From contig DEHC01000009.1 in NCBI GenBank assembly GCA_002351705.1, positions 1 to 58,431 of the forward strand: a stretch of DNA of 58,431 nt. The letters are read 5' to 3'. The stretch is from Gammaproteobacteria bacterium UBA2810 (lineage in GTDB: Bacteria > Pseudomonadota > Gammaproteobacteria > Enterobacterales > Succinivibrionaceae). The position numbers and the translations under genes are program-made. The stretch's first letter is position 1; each line of letters begins with the position of its first letter. The notes under the pieces are model-generated. The model was not told the origin of the DNA. It saw only the letters and a list, made by a program, of their open reading frames with translations, and searched no databases. Below are positions 48,616-58,431 of the stretch, piece by piece.

Positions 48616-49895
48616 GTGAAAGAGTACAGCTGCCATGCCTGCGGCGGGCGCATGGAATGGGACGCAGAGTCCGGCGGTCTCAAGTGCCTGAATTGCGGGA
48701 CAAAAGCCGGAGTCGGGAATGACGAACCGTCGGGCTATCACCCCTACGCGGCGCCCCCGGTGTTCAGGGACATCCGGGACTGGGCCGGCCGGGAGATCCG
48801 GTGCCCTATCTGCGGTGCCGTGATTAAGCCTGACGTCAAGACTGTCTCCATGATCTGCCCGTGCTGCGGCGCCAGCCTGGTGTCCGACGAGAGGCAGCTC
48901 GCGTTCGCGAGGCCCGACGCGGTGGCGCGCCGCACGATACCATCTGACAGGGTGGAAGGCCTTCTAAGGAAGTGGTTAGGAACGTGCCCGTTAGCGCCCG
49001 GTCACATGGCTCAGCGCATAGAGGTCATGTTCGTCTCGCCTCAGTATGTCCCCTTCTGGGTGTTCATGGCCCGTTCCTTCTGTATGTACTCCGGCCGCGG
49101 CGGCTTGATCAAAAGTTGCTGTGACGGGCATGGTTGCAGAACCCACACCGAATGGGAGCCCATTCAGGGCCAGAGGATCGATGATCTCAGGAACTTCGGC
49201 GTGACGGCTGATGCGGTCGTTGATAAGGACTATTCGGATTTTCTCTTCAGATCAACGCCTGACGGCGCCTTTTCGGATGGAAGCCGGAGTATTTCGCCGG
49301 CAGCTGGTCATCCATTCCGACGGTGTCTTTCGCGGATGCCGAGAAGCAGGCGAAGGACTGCATGAAGAAAGAGGTTGAGAACCGCATAAAGTCAGAACAG
49401 AAGTACGACTGCGCGGAGTTCAGCTCCTTTGATGACCGGTTCAGGGACACGGCCTGGCGCCTCGTTCAGATCCCGGGTTATTTCGTAATCTGCCGCTACC
49501 ACGGCCGCATATATGTCGATGTGATGAACGGCGTGACCGGCGAGGTCTACGGTGGCTACCCTTTTTCCAATATCAAGGTCACCATTGCCTTTATCATCGT
49601 GACAGCATTTGTATACGCATTGCTGCTGATCTCCGGGTATATGACGGATGATGTGCTCACTGTCTGCACGGACGGGACCTGCCGGACTGACTGGGACACT
49701 GTCTTGCTCATGGGAGAAATTACCGGCATAACCGCGCTCCTCATATATGCCTGCCTAGGCTTTGTGCTCTGGCTCGGGGCTCGTCGAGAGGGCAGTCTGA
49801 AGAGAAGCCCCTGGCTCAGTGAGATAGTCTGGAAATCAGTCGGCACGCGCCTTCTGCCGGGGAGCACAGGCACTGCCGTACAGGAAGGGAAATGA
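48616..49895 (+). pseudogene. Tandem paralog 3 of the same family, disrupted by a 1-bp deletion near 49275 and with a divergent readthrough C-terminus
   Basis: Two overlapping frames (48616..49365 and 49323..49895) together are collinear with paralog 4. Paralog 3 reads ccttttcggatgg where paralog 4 reads ccttttccggatgg. Confidence 0.6.
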
Positions 49896-50006
49896 CGAGC
49901 CGCATCCTGTTTCCGGCTGTCATGGCGCCGCTCCCGGCAGCCACCGTGTTCCAGACATCCAGTCATGCTGTCCGCAATCAGGGACTTTCAAACCGGAGGA
50001 ACCTTC

Positions 50007-51221
50007 ATGAAGCACTATACCTGTCCTGACTGCGGCGGCTCAATGGAATGGGACGGTGCCGCGGGCGGCCTCAGGTGCGGAAACTGCGGGAAAGCAGTCA
50101 GCGTCCCGTCCGGGCCGCCAGCCGGCTTCCACGGCTATGAGGCTCCCCCGGCATTCCCTGGACTTGAGGATTTTCCGGACAGGGCGGTACGCTGCCCCTG
50201 CTGCGGAGCGGAGACAAGGACTGACAGCTGTACCGTCTCCATGAGCTGTCCGTACTGCGGGACAAGCCTCGTCTTCGACGAGAGGCAGCTCGCGTTCGCA
50301 AGGCCTGACGCGGTGGCGCGCTGCATGGTATCCCCTGAGAGGGTGAAGAGCCTTGTAAGGGAGTGGAGCGGAAAGCAGCGGTTCGCGCCTGATCTCACGT
50401 CAAAGTACATGGAGGTAAAGTTCATCTCGCCGCAGTACATCCCGTTCTGGGTGTTCGAGGCCCGTTCCCGCTGTAAGTACTCAGGCCGCGGCTGCAGGTA
50501 CAGGAAAGGCCCGGGTGCCGGCAGGACCGCCGCCACCTGGCATCCAATCCACGGAGAGAGGAGCGATGATCTCAGGAACTTCGGCGTGCCCGCTGCCGCC
50601 GGCATAAAGAAGGACTATGCGGATTTCCTCTTCAGATCCACGCCTGATGACGCCTTTTCCGGATGGAAGCCGGAGTATTTCGCCGGCAGCTGGTCCTTCG
50701 TCCCGGCTGTGCCTTTCGCTGACGCCGAGATGCAGGCGAAGGATGAAATGAAGGATGAGATCGGGAAGCGCATCCGGTCAGAGCTTAACTGCGATCGCGC
50801 GGAGTTCAGCTCCTTCAATGCCGAGTTCAGCAGCAAGGCCTGGCGCCTTGTTCAGATCCCGGGGTATTTCGTCATCTGCCGCTACAACGGCGGAATATAT
50901 GTCGCTGCGGTGAACGCAGTGACCGGAGAGATCTCAGGCACCTACCCTGTATCCATCCTGAAGGTCAACATGGCCTTCATCATCGTGACAGCAGCACTCT
51001 TCGCGCTCTGCGCGTTCATCGAGCCGGATATGGTCGTTACCTGTACGGAAGGCGGCTGCCGGCCAAGCTGGGGATCAATCGGCTCGCTGGCCGCTTTCCT
51101 TCTGGCCGGCGCGCTCATGTTATATGCCCGTACCTGGTTCTGGCTCCGGGGCAGGGTTCTCGGCAGGGACGACCTGAAGGAGAGCCCGTGGCTCAGGCAG
51201 ATAATGGAGAAAACAAAGTAG
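50007..51221 (+). CDS. Double-zinc-ribbon membrane-anchored protein, tandem paralog 4
   Basis: MKHYTCPDCGGSMEWDG. Same motif set. Tail GRDDLKESPWLRQIMEKTK. The ATG at 50007 follows GGAGGA. Confidence 0.75.
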   Translation: MKHYTCPDCGGSMEWDGAAGGLRCGNCGKAVSVPSGPPAGFHGYEAPPAFPGLEDFPDRAVRCPCCGAETRTDSCTVSMSCPYCGTSLVFDERQLAFARPDAVARCMVSPERVKSLVREWSGKQRFAPDLTSKYMEVKFISPQYIPFWVFEARSRCKYSGRGCRYRKGPGAGRTAATWHPIHGERSDDLRNFGVPAAAGIKKDYADFLFRSTPDDAFSGWKPEYFAGSWSFVPAVPFADAEMQAKDEMKDEIGKRIRSELNCDRAEFSSFNAEFSSKAWRLVQIPGYFVICRYNGGIYVAAVNAVTGEISGTYPVSILKVNMAFIIVTAALFALCAFIEPDMVVTCTEGGCRPSWGSIGSLAAFLLAGALMLYARTWFWLRGRVLGRDDLKESPWLRQIMEKTK

Positions 51222-51297
51222 CAGCCGCCATGCGGCGCGGTATGGGGGAATGGCAGGGGTATTCATTCCACAGATGCCTGATCCTGAGGGGGATTTT

Positions 51298-52530
51298 ATG
51301 AAATTTTACAGCTGCCGTGACTGCGGCGGGACAATGGAATGGGACGGCGCGTCGGACTGCCTCAGGTGCCGCAACTGCGGCACGTCAGTTAGCGTTCAGA
51401 AAGCCGCTCCGTCAGGCTGCCACCGCTATGCGGCGCTCCCTGAATTCAGGCGACTCCGGGATCTTGATGAGAAGTCCGTCAGGTGCCCGGGCTGCGGGGC
51501 TGAGGCAAAGACAGACATGAGGACAGTCTCTCTCGTGTGCCCTTACTGCGGGGCAGGAATCGTCCTTGACAGGAGGCAGCTCTCGTTCGCGAGGCCGGAC
51601 GGCACGGCGCGCATCAGGATCAGGGGAGACAGGGTGAGGCAGCTTGTGAAGGAGTGGTGCGCCCGGCATCCGCTCGCGCCTGATCTCACGTCAAAATACC
51701 TTGAGGTCAAGTTCATCTCGCCTCAGTACATCCCGTTCTGGGTGTTCAGCGCGCGCGTCACGGCGAAGTACTCGGGGCGCGGCGGCAGGAACAGGACGGT
51801 GAGGGAGAGGAACGCACAGGGACAGACTGTCAGCAGGACAGCGGTCGACTGGCATCCGATCGATGGGACGGTGAGCGCCGAGCTTGAGAGCTCCGGCGTG
51901 CCGGGAGACCGTGATATTGACGGCAGCTTTTCGGATTTCCTTTACAGCTCGACTCCGCAGGACTCGTTCCGCGCCTGGCAGCCGGAGTATTTCGCGGGGA
52001 GTTGGTCATGCCTTCCCACGGTCCAGGCAGGTGACGCTGAGGCGGCGGCCCATGACGGAATGATCCCGGAGATAAAGCGGCGCACGGTGACTGAGCTCAG
52101 CAGGAAGTGGAGCCATATCGATTTCAGGACCTTCTCCGTGAGCTTCAGCGATACGGCCTGGCGCCTTGTGCAGATCCCCGCGTACTTCGTCATCTGCCGC
52201 TACCACGGCGGCATCTATGTGGAGGCGGTGAACGGCGTGACAGGCGAAATCCGGGGCACCTGTCCCGCGTCGTTCCTCAGGGTCACCGTCTCTTACGCTA
52301 TTGCGGCAGCAGTGATGCTCTCCGTATTCCTATTCGCTGACTACGGGAGCTGCGGCGGGAGGGGCTGCCTCACGGAATCCGGAAGCATCCTCACTGACGC
52401 GCTCATTGCAGCGGTCATTGCGGCAGGAGTCTGGGTCCTCATTTATATTGCGCTCAGGATGAGGGTCCTCGGCACGGATGATCTGAAGAAGAGCCCCTGG
52501 CTCAGGGGGATTATGGAGAAAACCGGGTAA
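51298..52530 (+). CDS. Double-zinc-ribbon membrane-anchored protein, tandem paralog 5
   Basis: MKFYSCRDCGGTMEWDG. Same motif set. Tail GTDDLKKSPWLRGIMEKTG. The ATG at 51298 follows GAGGGGG. Confidence 0.75.
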   Translation: MKFYSCRDCGGTMEWDGASDCLRCRNCGTSVSVQKAAPSGCHRYAALPEFRRLRDLDEKSVRCPGCGAEAKTDMRTVSLVCPYCGAGIVLDRRQLSFARPDGTARIRIRGDRVRQLVKEWCARHPLAPDLTSKYLEVKFISPQYIPFWVFSARVTAKYSGRGGRNRTVRERNAQGQTVSRTAVDWHPIDGTVSAELESSGVPGDRDIDGSFSDFLYSSTPQDSFRAWQPEYFAGSWSCLPTVQAGDAEAAAHDGMIPEIKRRTVTELSRKWSHIDFRTFSVSFSDTAWRLVQIPAYFVICRYHGGIYVEAVNGVTGEIRGTCPASFLRVTVSYAIAAAVMLSVFLFADYGSCGGRGCLTESGSILTDALIAAVIAAGVWVLIYIALRMRVLGTDDLKKSPWLRGIMEKTG

Positions 52531-52689
52531 GGCTCACCTTGTGCGGGGCGGGGCCTCAGGAGCCTCACGCAGCACGCTCTACCTTCAGGATCCGGCATAT
52601 AGCAGAAAGATGCAAAAGATCCCGCTTCCGGCGCTTGACAAGTGAGCAAAAAACTACAAAAATATAGCGAGATTTTTAAGGTGGCAGAA

Positions 52690-52758
52690 ATGATGTCAGC
52701 TATTGTTTCCAAGAATGTTCTCCTGCTAGGCCTGGGCTTTATCGCGCCGGGTCTGTAG
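52690..52758 (+). CDS. leuL: leu operon leader peptide (22 aa, MMSAIVSKNVLLLGLGFIAPGL)
   Basis: AAGGTGG SD. Four Leu codons in five positions (CTC CTG CTA GGC CTG). Sits 130 bp upstream of leuA and directly before a terminator hairpin. Not in the ORF track because it is under 60 aa. Confidence 0.6.
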   Translation: MMSAIVSKNVLLLGLGFIAPGL

Positions 52759-52789
52759 TTTTTGCTGCCTTTTGACAAGAGAACAATTG

Positions 52790-52818
52790 AACCCGTGCGA
52801 TGCGCGGGTTTTTTTATT
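52790..52818 (+). terminator. leu attenuator terminator
   Basis: acccgtg-cgat-cgcgggt followed by ttttttta, between the leader peptide and leuA. Confidence 0.6.
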
Positions 52819-52885
52819 TCTGCGGAGCCCGCGCCCGAAGCTGAAGTACGCAGAAACTTAAAGGATGTACAGAGGATATAGAAAA

Positions 52886-54454
52886 ATGTCTGACCGCGTA
52901 ATAATATTCGATACCACGCTCCGCGACGGCGAGCAGGCGCTCAGCGCCAGTCTCAATCCTGAAGAGAAGCTCAAGATCGCGCTCGCCCTCGAGGAGCTCG
53001 GCGTCGATGTCATGGAGGTGGGCTTCCCCATTTCCTCCCCGGGCGACTTCAGCGCGGTGAACACCATCGCGAAGACCGTGAAGAACAGCTGCGTGTGCGG
53101 ACTCGCGCGCGCCGTCGACAAGGACATCATCGCCTGCGCCGAGGCCCTCAAGCCTGCCGAGAACTTCCGCATCCACACCTTCATCGCGACATCTGACATC
53201 CACCTCCAGACCAAGCTCCACAAGACCTTCGACGAGGTCTGCGAGATGGCGGTCCATTCGATAAAGCTCGCGAAGAACTACACCGACAACGTCGAGTTCT
53301 CCTGCGAGGATGCAGGACGCACCTCGGTTGACAACCTCTGCGTCATCATCGAGAAGGCCATCGCCGCAGGCGCGACCACCATCAACATCCCGGACACCGT
53401 CGGCTACAACCTCCCGAACGAGTTCGGCGCCAAGATCAGGGGCATCATCGAGAGAGTTCCCAATATCGACAAGTGCGTCCTCTCTGTCCACTGCCACAAT
53501 GACCTCGGCATGGCAACCGCGAACTCCATCGTCGCCGTCGAGAACGGCGCAAGGCAGATCGAGTGCGCCATGAACGGCCTCGGCGAGCGCGCAGGAAACT
53601 GCTCCCTCGAGGAGGTTGTGATGGTCATGAAGACGAGGAGCGACTTCCTCCACACCGAGACCGGCATCAACACCAGGAAGATTTACCGCACCAGCCAGCT
53701 CGTAAGCAAGATCTGCAACGTGCCCGTAGCGCAGAACAAGGCGATTGTCGGACAGAACGCCTTCTCGCACAGCTCCGGAATCCACCAGGACGGCTTCCTC
53801 AAGAACTCCCAGACTTACGAGATCATCACCCCGGAGAGCATCGGCCTCAACCAGAGCACCCTCCACATGACCTCGCGCTCCGGACGCCACGTCATCAAGA
53901 GCCGCATGGAGAGCATGGGCTACAAGGACGGCAGCTACGATCTCGACAAGCTCTACGCAAGGTTCCTCAAGCTCGCCGACAAGAAGGGCCAGGTCTTCGA
54001 CTACGACCTCGAGGCGCTCCTCTTCTTCTCCGAGCTCGAGAAGAACGAGGACTACTACAAGCTTGACTACCTCTCCGTCCTCTCCGGCGGCTCCGTGCTC
54101 GCCACCGCTAGCGTCAGGATGGACGTAGGCGGGAAGAAGATCTGCGAGGCTGCGACCGGAAACGGCCCTGTCGACGCGGTTTACCAGTGCATACTCAGAA
54201 TCACCGGCGTTGACGCGAAGATCTACTCCTTCGAGATCAAGGCCGGCGGGCAGGGCAAGGACGCGCTCGGCGAGGTTGACATCATCGTCGACTACGAGGG
54301 CCGCAAGTTCCACGGCATGGGACTTGCCACCGACATCATCGAGTCCTCCGCGCGCGCCCTCGTCCACGCCATCAACTCGATTGAGTGCGCGAAGATCATC
54401 CAGGAGAAGAAGGAGCAGGGAGAGCTCCCGGCAGGCGCCGCAGCAGTAAATTAA
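52886..54454 (+). CDS. leuA: 2-isopropylmalate synthase
   Basis: [20 protein letters not shown]-terminus. 522 aa. AGAGGA SD 9 nt before the ATG at 52886. Confidence 0.95.
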   Translation: MSDRVIIFDTTLRDGEQALSASLNPEEKLKIALALEELGVDVMEVGFPISSPGDFSAVNTIAKTVKNSCVCGLARAVDKDIIACAEALKPAENFRIHTFIATSDIHLQTKLHKTFDEVCEMAVHSIKLAKNYTDNVEFSCEDAGRTSVDNLCVIIEKAIAAGATTINIPDTVGYNLPNEFGAKIRGIIERVPNIDKCVLSVHCHNDLGMATANSIVAVENGARQIECAMNGLGERAGNCSLEEVVMVMKTRSDFLHTETGINTRKIYRTSQLVSKICNVPVAQNKAIVGQNAFSHSSGIHQDGFLKNSQTYEIITPESIGLNQSTLHMTSRSGRHVIKSRMESMGYKDGSYDLDKLYARFLKLADKKGQVFDYDLEALLFFSELEKNEDYYKLDYLSVLSGGSVLATASVRMDVGGKKICEAATGNGPVDAVYQCILRITGVDAKIYSFEIKAGGQGKDALGEVDIIVDYEGRKFHGMGLATDIIESSARALVHAINSIECAKIIQEKKEQGELPAGAAAVN

Positions 54455-54583
54455 GGACTGTCCCCGGGAGCGGTGTTTCCCGGGGCTTTCATGACGGAAA
54501 ATTTCAGAGGTTCCGGGATGCCGGCCGCATCTCCGGAACTTTTTACAGACAAAAAGCTCAAGACAGCTCAAGGAGTGGAATAA

Positions 54584-55675
<1,092 letters not shown>

Positions 55676-55683
55676 GGCACAAT

Positions 55684-57099
55684 ATGGGAAAGACACTCTA
55701 TCAGAAGCTCTTCGACAGCCATATCGTCTGTGAGGAGCCGGGCGAGCTCCCGATCCTCTACGTTGACCGCCACCTCGTGCACGAGGTAACGAGCCCGCAG
55801 GCGTTCGAGGGACTCCGCCAGAACGGCAGGAAGGTACGCCGCACTGACCGCACCTTCGCCACCATGGATCACAATGTCTCCACGAAGTCCACGAGCTTCA
55901 GCGCATGCAGCGAGCTCGGCAGGATCCAGATGGAGACCCTGAAGAAGAACTGCGGCGAGTTCAATGTGCCGCTCTTCGGGCTCGGCTCGGACCGCCAGGG
56001 CATCATCCACTGCGTCGGACCTGAGATCGGAGCGACCATCCCGGGCGTAACCCTGGTGTGCGGCGACTCTCACACCGCGACCCACGGCGCGTTCGGCGCC
56101 CTTGCCTTCGGCATCGGCACCTCCGAGGTCGAGCATGTCCTCGCGACCCAGACGGTCAAGCAGGCCCGCCTCAAGAACATGAAGATCGAGGTCAACGGAA
56201 AGCTCCAGAAGGGCGTTTATCCGAAGGATGTCATCCTTGCCATCATCGCGCGCCTGGGCACCGCCTACGGCACCGGCTACGCGGTTGAGTTCACCGGCGA
56301 CGTCTTCCGCGACATGTCGATGGAAGGCCGCATGACCGTGAGCAACATGGCCATCGAGATGGGCGCCAAGGTCGGCCTCATTGCACCTGACGAGACCACC
56401 TTCGCCTATGTCAAGGACCGCCTCTATGCCCCGAAGGGCGAGAAGTGGGACGAGGCCGTTGAGTTCTGGAAGAAGGAGCTCCACGATGATCCCGATGCGG
56501 TGTTCGACAAGGTCGAGGTCTTCGACGGCAGCGCCATCGAGCCCCAGGTCACCTGGGGAACGAACCCCGGGCAGGGCGGATCGGTCAACCAGCCGATCCC
56601 CGCTCCGGAGGACTTCGCGGATCCCGTGCAGAGGAAGTCCTGCGAGGACGCCCTCAGGTATCAGGACGAGAAGCCCCACTCCGACATCAAGGACATCAAA
56701 GTAGACAACGTCTTCATCGGCTCCTGCACCAACGGCAGGATTGAGGACCTCAGGGTCGCAGCCGAGGTGGTTAAGGGACTCCATGTTCACGAGGGCGTCA
56801 GCGCCATGGTTGTGCCGGGTTCCGTCCCTGTCAGGATGCAGGCCGAGAAGGAAGGCCTCGACAAAATCTTCATCGAGGCAGGCTTTGAGTGGAGGCACGC
56901 CGGCTGCTCGATGTGCCTTGCCATGAACGATGACCGCCTCCCGGAGTTCCATGTCTGCGCCTCGACCTCGAACAGAAACTTCGTCGGGCGCCAGGGCAAG
57001 AACGGCAGGACCCATCTCGTGAGCCCCGCCATGGCAGCCGCAGCAGCCATTGCCGGCCATTTTGTCGACGTAAGGAAGTTCATGGAGGACAAGGAATGA
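55684..57099 (+). CDS. leuC: 3-isopropylmalate dehydratase large subunit
   Basis: [15 protein letters not shown]...CGDSHT...[11 protein letters not shown] aconitase-family motifs. GAGG SD before the ATG at 55684. Confidence 0.95.
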   Translation: MGKTLYQKLFDSHIVCEEPGELPILYVDRHLVHEVTSPQAFEGLRQNGRKVRRTDRTFATMDHNVSTKSTSFSACSELGRIQMETLKKNCGEFNVPLFGLGSDRQGIIHCVGPEIGATIPGVTLVCGDSHTATHGAFGALAFGIGTSEVEHVLATQTVKQARLKNMKIEVNGKLQKGVYPKDVILAIIARLGTAYGTGYAVEFTGDVFRDMSMEGRMTVSNMAIEMGAKVGLIAPDETTFAYVKDRLYAPKGEKWDEAVEFWKKELHDDPDAVFDKVEVFDGSAIEPQVTWGTNPGQGGSVNQPIPAPEDFADPVQRKSCEDALRYQDEKPHSDIKDIKVDNVFIGSCTNGRIEDLRVAAEVVKGLHVHEGVSAMVVPGSVPVRMQAEKEGLDKIFIEAGFEWRHAGCSMCLAMNDDRLPEFHVCASTSNRNFVGRQGKNGRTHLVSPAMAAAAAIAGHFVDVRKFMEDKE

Positions 57100-57695
57100 A
57101 AGCATTCGTAAGGGAAACCGGCATAGCAGTTCCTCTTGACGCCGCCAACGTTGATACTGACCAGATTATCCCCAAGCAGTTCCTGAAGTCTGTTACCAAG
57201 ATCGGCTTCGGCAAGCACCTGTTCCACGACTGGCGCTACCTCGATGACGCAGAGAATGAGCCAAATCCTGAGTTCGTCCTCAACGAGAAGCGCTATGATG
57301 GCGCGAAGTTCCTACTTGCGCGCGAGAACTTCGGCAACGGCTCCTCACGCGAGCACGCTCCCTGGGCTCTTGCCGACTACGGATTCAGGGCAATCATCGC
57401 CCCGAGCTTCGCGGACATCTTCTACAACAACTCACTCAACAACGGACTCGTATGCGTGAAGCTCACCGCAGATGAGGTTGACCAGCTCTTCAGGCTCATC
57501 AGATCCGACGACAGCGTCAGGGTGACTGTTGATCTCGAGAAGAAGACCGTCTCGGCAGGAAGCCTTGAGTTCAGCTTCCCGTTTGACGACTTCAGGCGCT
57601 ACTGCATTCTGAACGGCCTCGACAACATCGCGCTCACGCTCCGCCACGAGGATCAGATCAAGGCCTTTGAGAACAGCCAGCCGGCCTGGGTCTGA
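57096..57695 (+). CDS. leuD: 3-isopropylmalate dehydratase small subunit
   Basis: [19 protein letters not shown]. 199 aa. 4-bp overlap with leuC. Confidence 0.95.
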   Translation: MKAFVRETGIAVPLDAANVDTDQIIPKQFLKSVTKIGFGKHLFHDWRYLDDAENEPNPEFVLNEKRYDGAKFLLARENFGNGSSREHAPWALADYGFRAIIAPSFADIFYNNSLNNGLVCVKLTADEVDQLFRLIRSDDSVRVTVDLEKKTVSAGSLEFSFPFDDFRRYCILNGLDNIALTLRHEDQIKAFENSQPAWV

Positions 57696-57743
57696 CAAGG
57701 CTGCTCTGAGCTGCTGCCCCGGCCGGTGCCGGGGCATTGTTAG

Positions 57744-57781
57744 GGGGAGAACGGCATCAGGCCGTCTCCCTCTTTTTTTTA
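57744..57781 (+). terminator. Rho-independent terminator of the leu operon
   Basis: gggagaacggc-atcag-gccgtctccc followed by tcttttttttatc. Confidence 0.7.
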
Positions 57782-57938
57782 TCATAAGATTGTATGTGGG
57801 CTTCATGGCTTTAATCATATACATCGCTTAATAGTTGGAATTTTGTGATGTCATCGAGATGGTGTGGATGAGTCTAAAGCTCAACATAACTAAACTAATC
57901 TCTTTTTATTACACTTAGAATTCACATTAAATGCACAT

Positions 57939-57975
57939 GAATAGCACTTTAAATTCGATACATGCTGTGCTATTC
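57939..57975. promoter_or_regulatory. 9-bp inverted repeat (gaatagcac...gtgctattc), candidate operator upstream of the antitoxin gene
   Basis: Perfect inverted repeat with a 19-nt spacer, about 40 bp upstream of the ATG at 58013, in an AT-rich segment. Confidence 0.25.
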
Positions 57976-58012
57976 TTAATGGAAGGAGTCAACCAATGAT
58001 GGGGAAATTAAT

Positions 58013-58276
58013 ATGAGCGTTTTGCAAAACAGAAGCAATTTGACGATAAGTGTTGATCGTCCAACCAGAGAAGGATTCGCCAAGCTGTGTGAAGGTTTGG
58101 GGCTGTCAATTTCCTCTTGCTTACTTGCATTCATGCGTCAGTCTGTTAGACAGCAGGGTGTTTCATTCAGCTTGGATGAGAACGGGTTTACACCTGCTGA
58201 AGTTGCAGAACTAAAAAGACGTATTGCTGACGCAGAAAAGGGGCATGTGGAAAAGCATGAACTCATAGAGGACTGA
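58013..58276 (+). CDS. Type II antitoxin, RelB/DinJ-like ribbon-helix-helix
   Basis: ISVDRPTREGFAKLCEGLGLSISSCLLAFMRQSV resembles DinJ/RelB. The stop is 2 bp before the toxin start. Confidence 0.65.
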   Translation: MSVLQNRSNLTISVDRPTREGFAKLCEGLGLSISSCLLAFMRQSVRQQGVSFSLDENGFTPAEVAELKRRIADAEKGHVEKHELIED

Positions 58277-58278
58277 TC

Positions 58279-58431
58279 GTGAGAAATTTGGAATGGCAGT
58301 CTGATGCATGGTGTGATTATTTGGAATTACAGAAATACGATAAGGTGCTTTTGAAGAAGGTTAATAACCTCATTAAAGACATCGTGCGAAATGGTTATCA
58401 ATGTAAAGAACTCAAACTTCCCATGTCCCTA
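58279..58431 (+). CDS. yoeB: YoeB/Txe-family toxin, 5' partial (runs off the window)
   Basis: VRNLEWQSDAWCDYLELQKYDKVLLKKVNNLIKDIVRNGYQ aligns with E. coli YoeB (LIWSEESWDDYLYWQETDKRIVKKINELIKDTRRTPFE). GTG start. Confidence 0.7.
   Translation, partial: MRNLEWQSDAWCDYLELQKYDKVLLKKVNNLIKDIVRNGYQCKELKLPMSL

Noticed and set aside
30060-52620. Prophage or integrative element
   Set aside because: No integrase, recombinase, phage structural genes or flanking tRNA/att duplication could be seen. The only mobility-related gene is the Rpn-type nuclease.

Overview
This 58.4-kb window is a GC-rich gammaproteobacterial chromosome segment. EttA, MutL, LeuC and the Frd proteins read as close relatives of their E. 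coli counterparts, and local gene order is largely enterobacterial-like. The core backbone, in order, is: csrA convergent with a tRNA-Arg/tRNA-Arg/tRNA-Ser cluster; dnaB-alr; dusA; ettA; a flavodoxin; frdABCD; psd; a frameshifted threonine-aldolase gene; orn followed by tRNA-Gly; an EAL-domain c-di-GMP phosphodiesterase; nadD-holA-lptE-leuS; an L,D-transpeptidase; mutL-miaA; slyD; a DUF805 fusion protein; an MFS sugar transporter; the leu operon (leader peptide, attenuator, leuABCD); and a partial relB/dinJ-yoeB toxin-antitoxin pair in an AT-rich segment at the 3' edge. Between the sugar transporter (ends 30052) and the leu leader (about 52600) lies an accessory region of roughly 22 kb with patchy, lower GC. 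It contains a flavin-reductase-like gene, a YbjN-like gene, an LRAT/NlpC-P60-like gene and a truncated AAA-ATPase remnant flanked by a direct repeat. It also holds a 1719-aa multidomain protein (transglutaminase-like + DUF4011 + Upf1-like SF1 helicase + DUF559-like nuclease + DUF3320), followed by an SPFH/Band-7 protein with a C-terminal double zinc ribbon, then a DUF445 membrane protein. Further on are an ArsC-family gene, an Rpn/YhgA-type PD-(D/E)xK putative transposase, and an HlyD + ABC-2 permease pair with no ATPase. The most striking element is a family of five paralogous genes: one at 41276 and four in tandem at 47280-52530. They encode N-terminal double-zinc-ribbon, C-terminally membrane-anchored proteins with shared motifs; one copy carries a 1-bp frameshift. 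I could not assign this family to any characterised family from sequence alone. It is the best candidate for an undescribed system here, together with the helicase-nuclease/SPFH pair.
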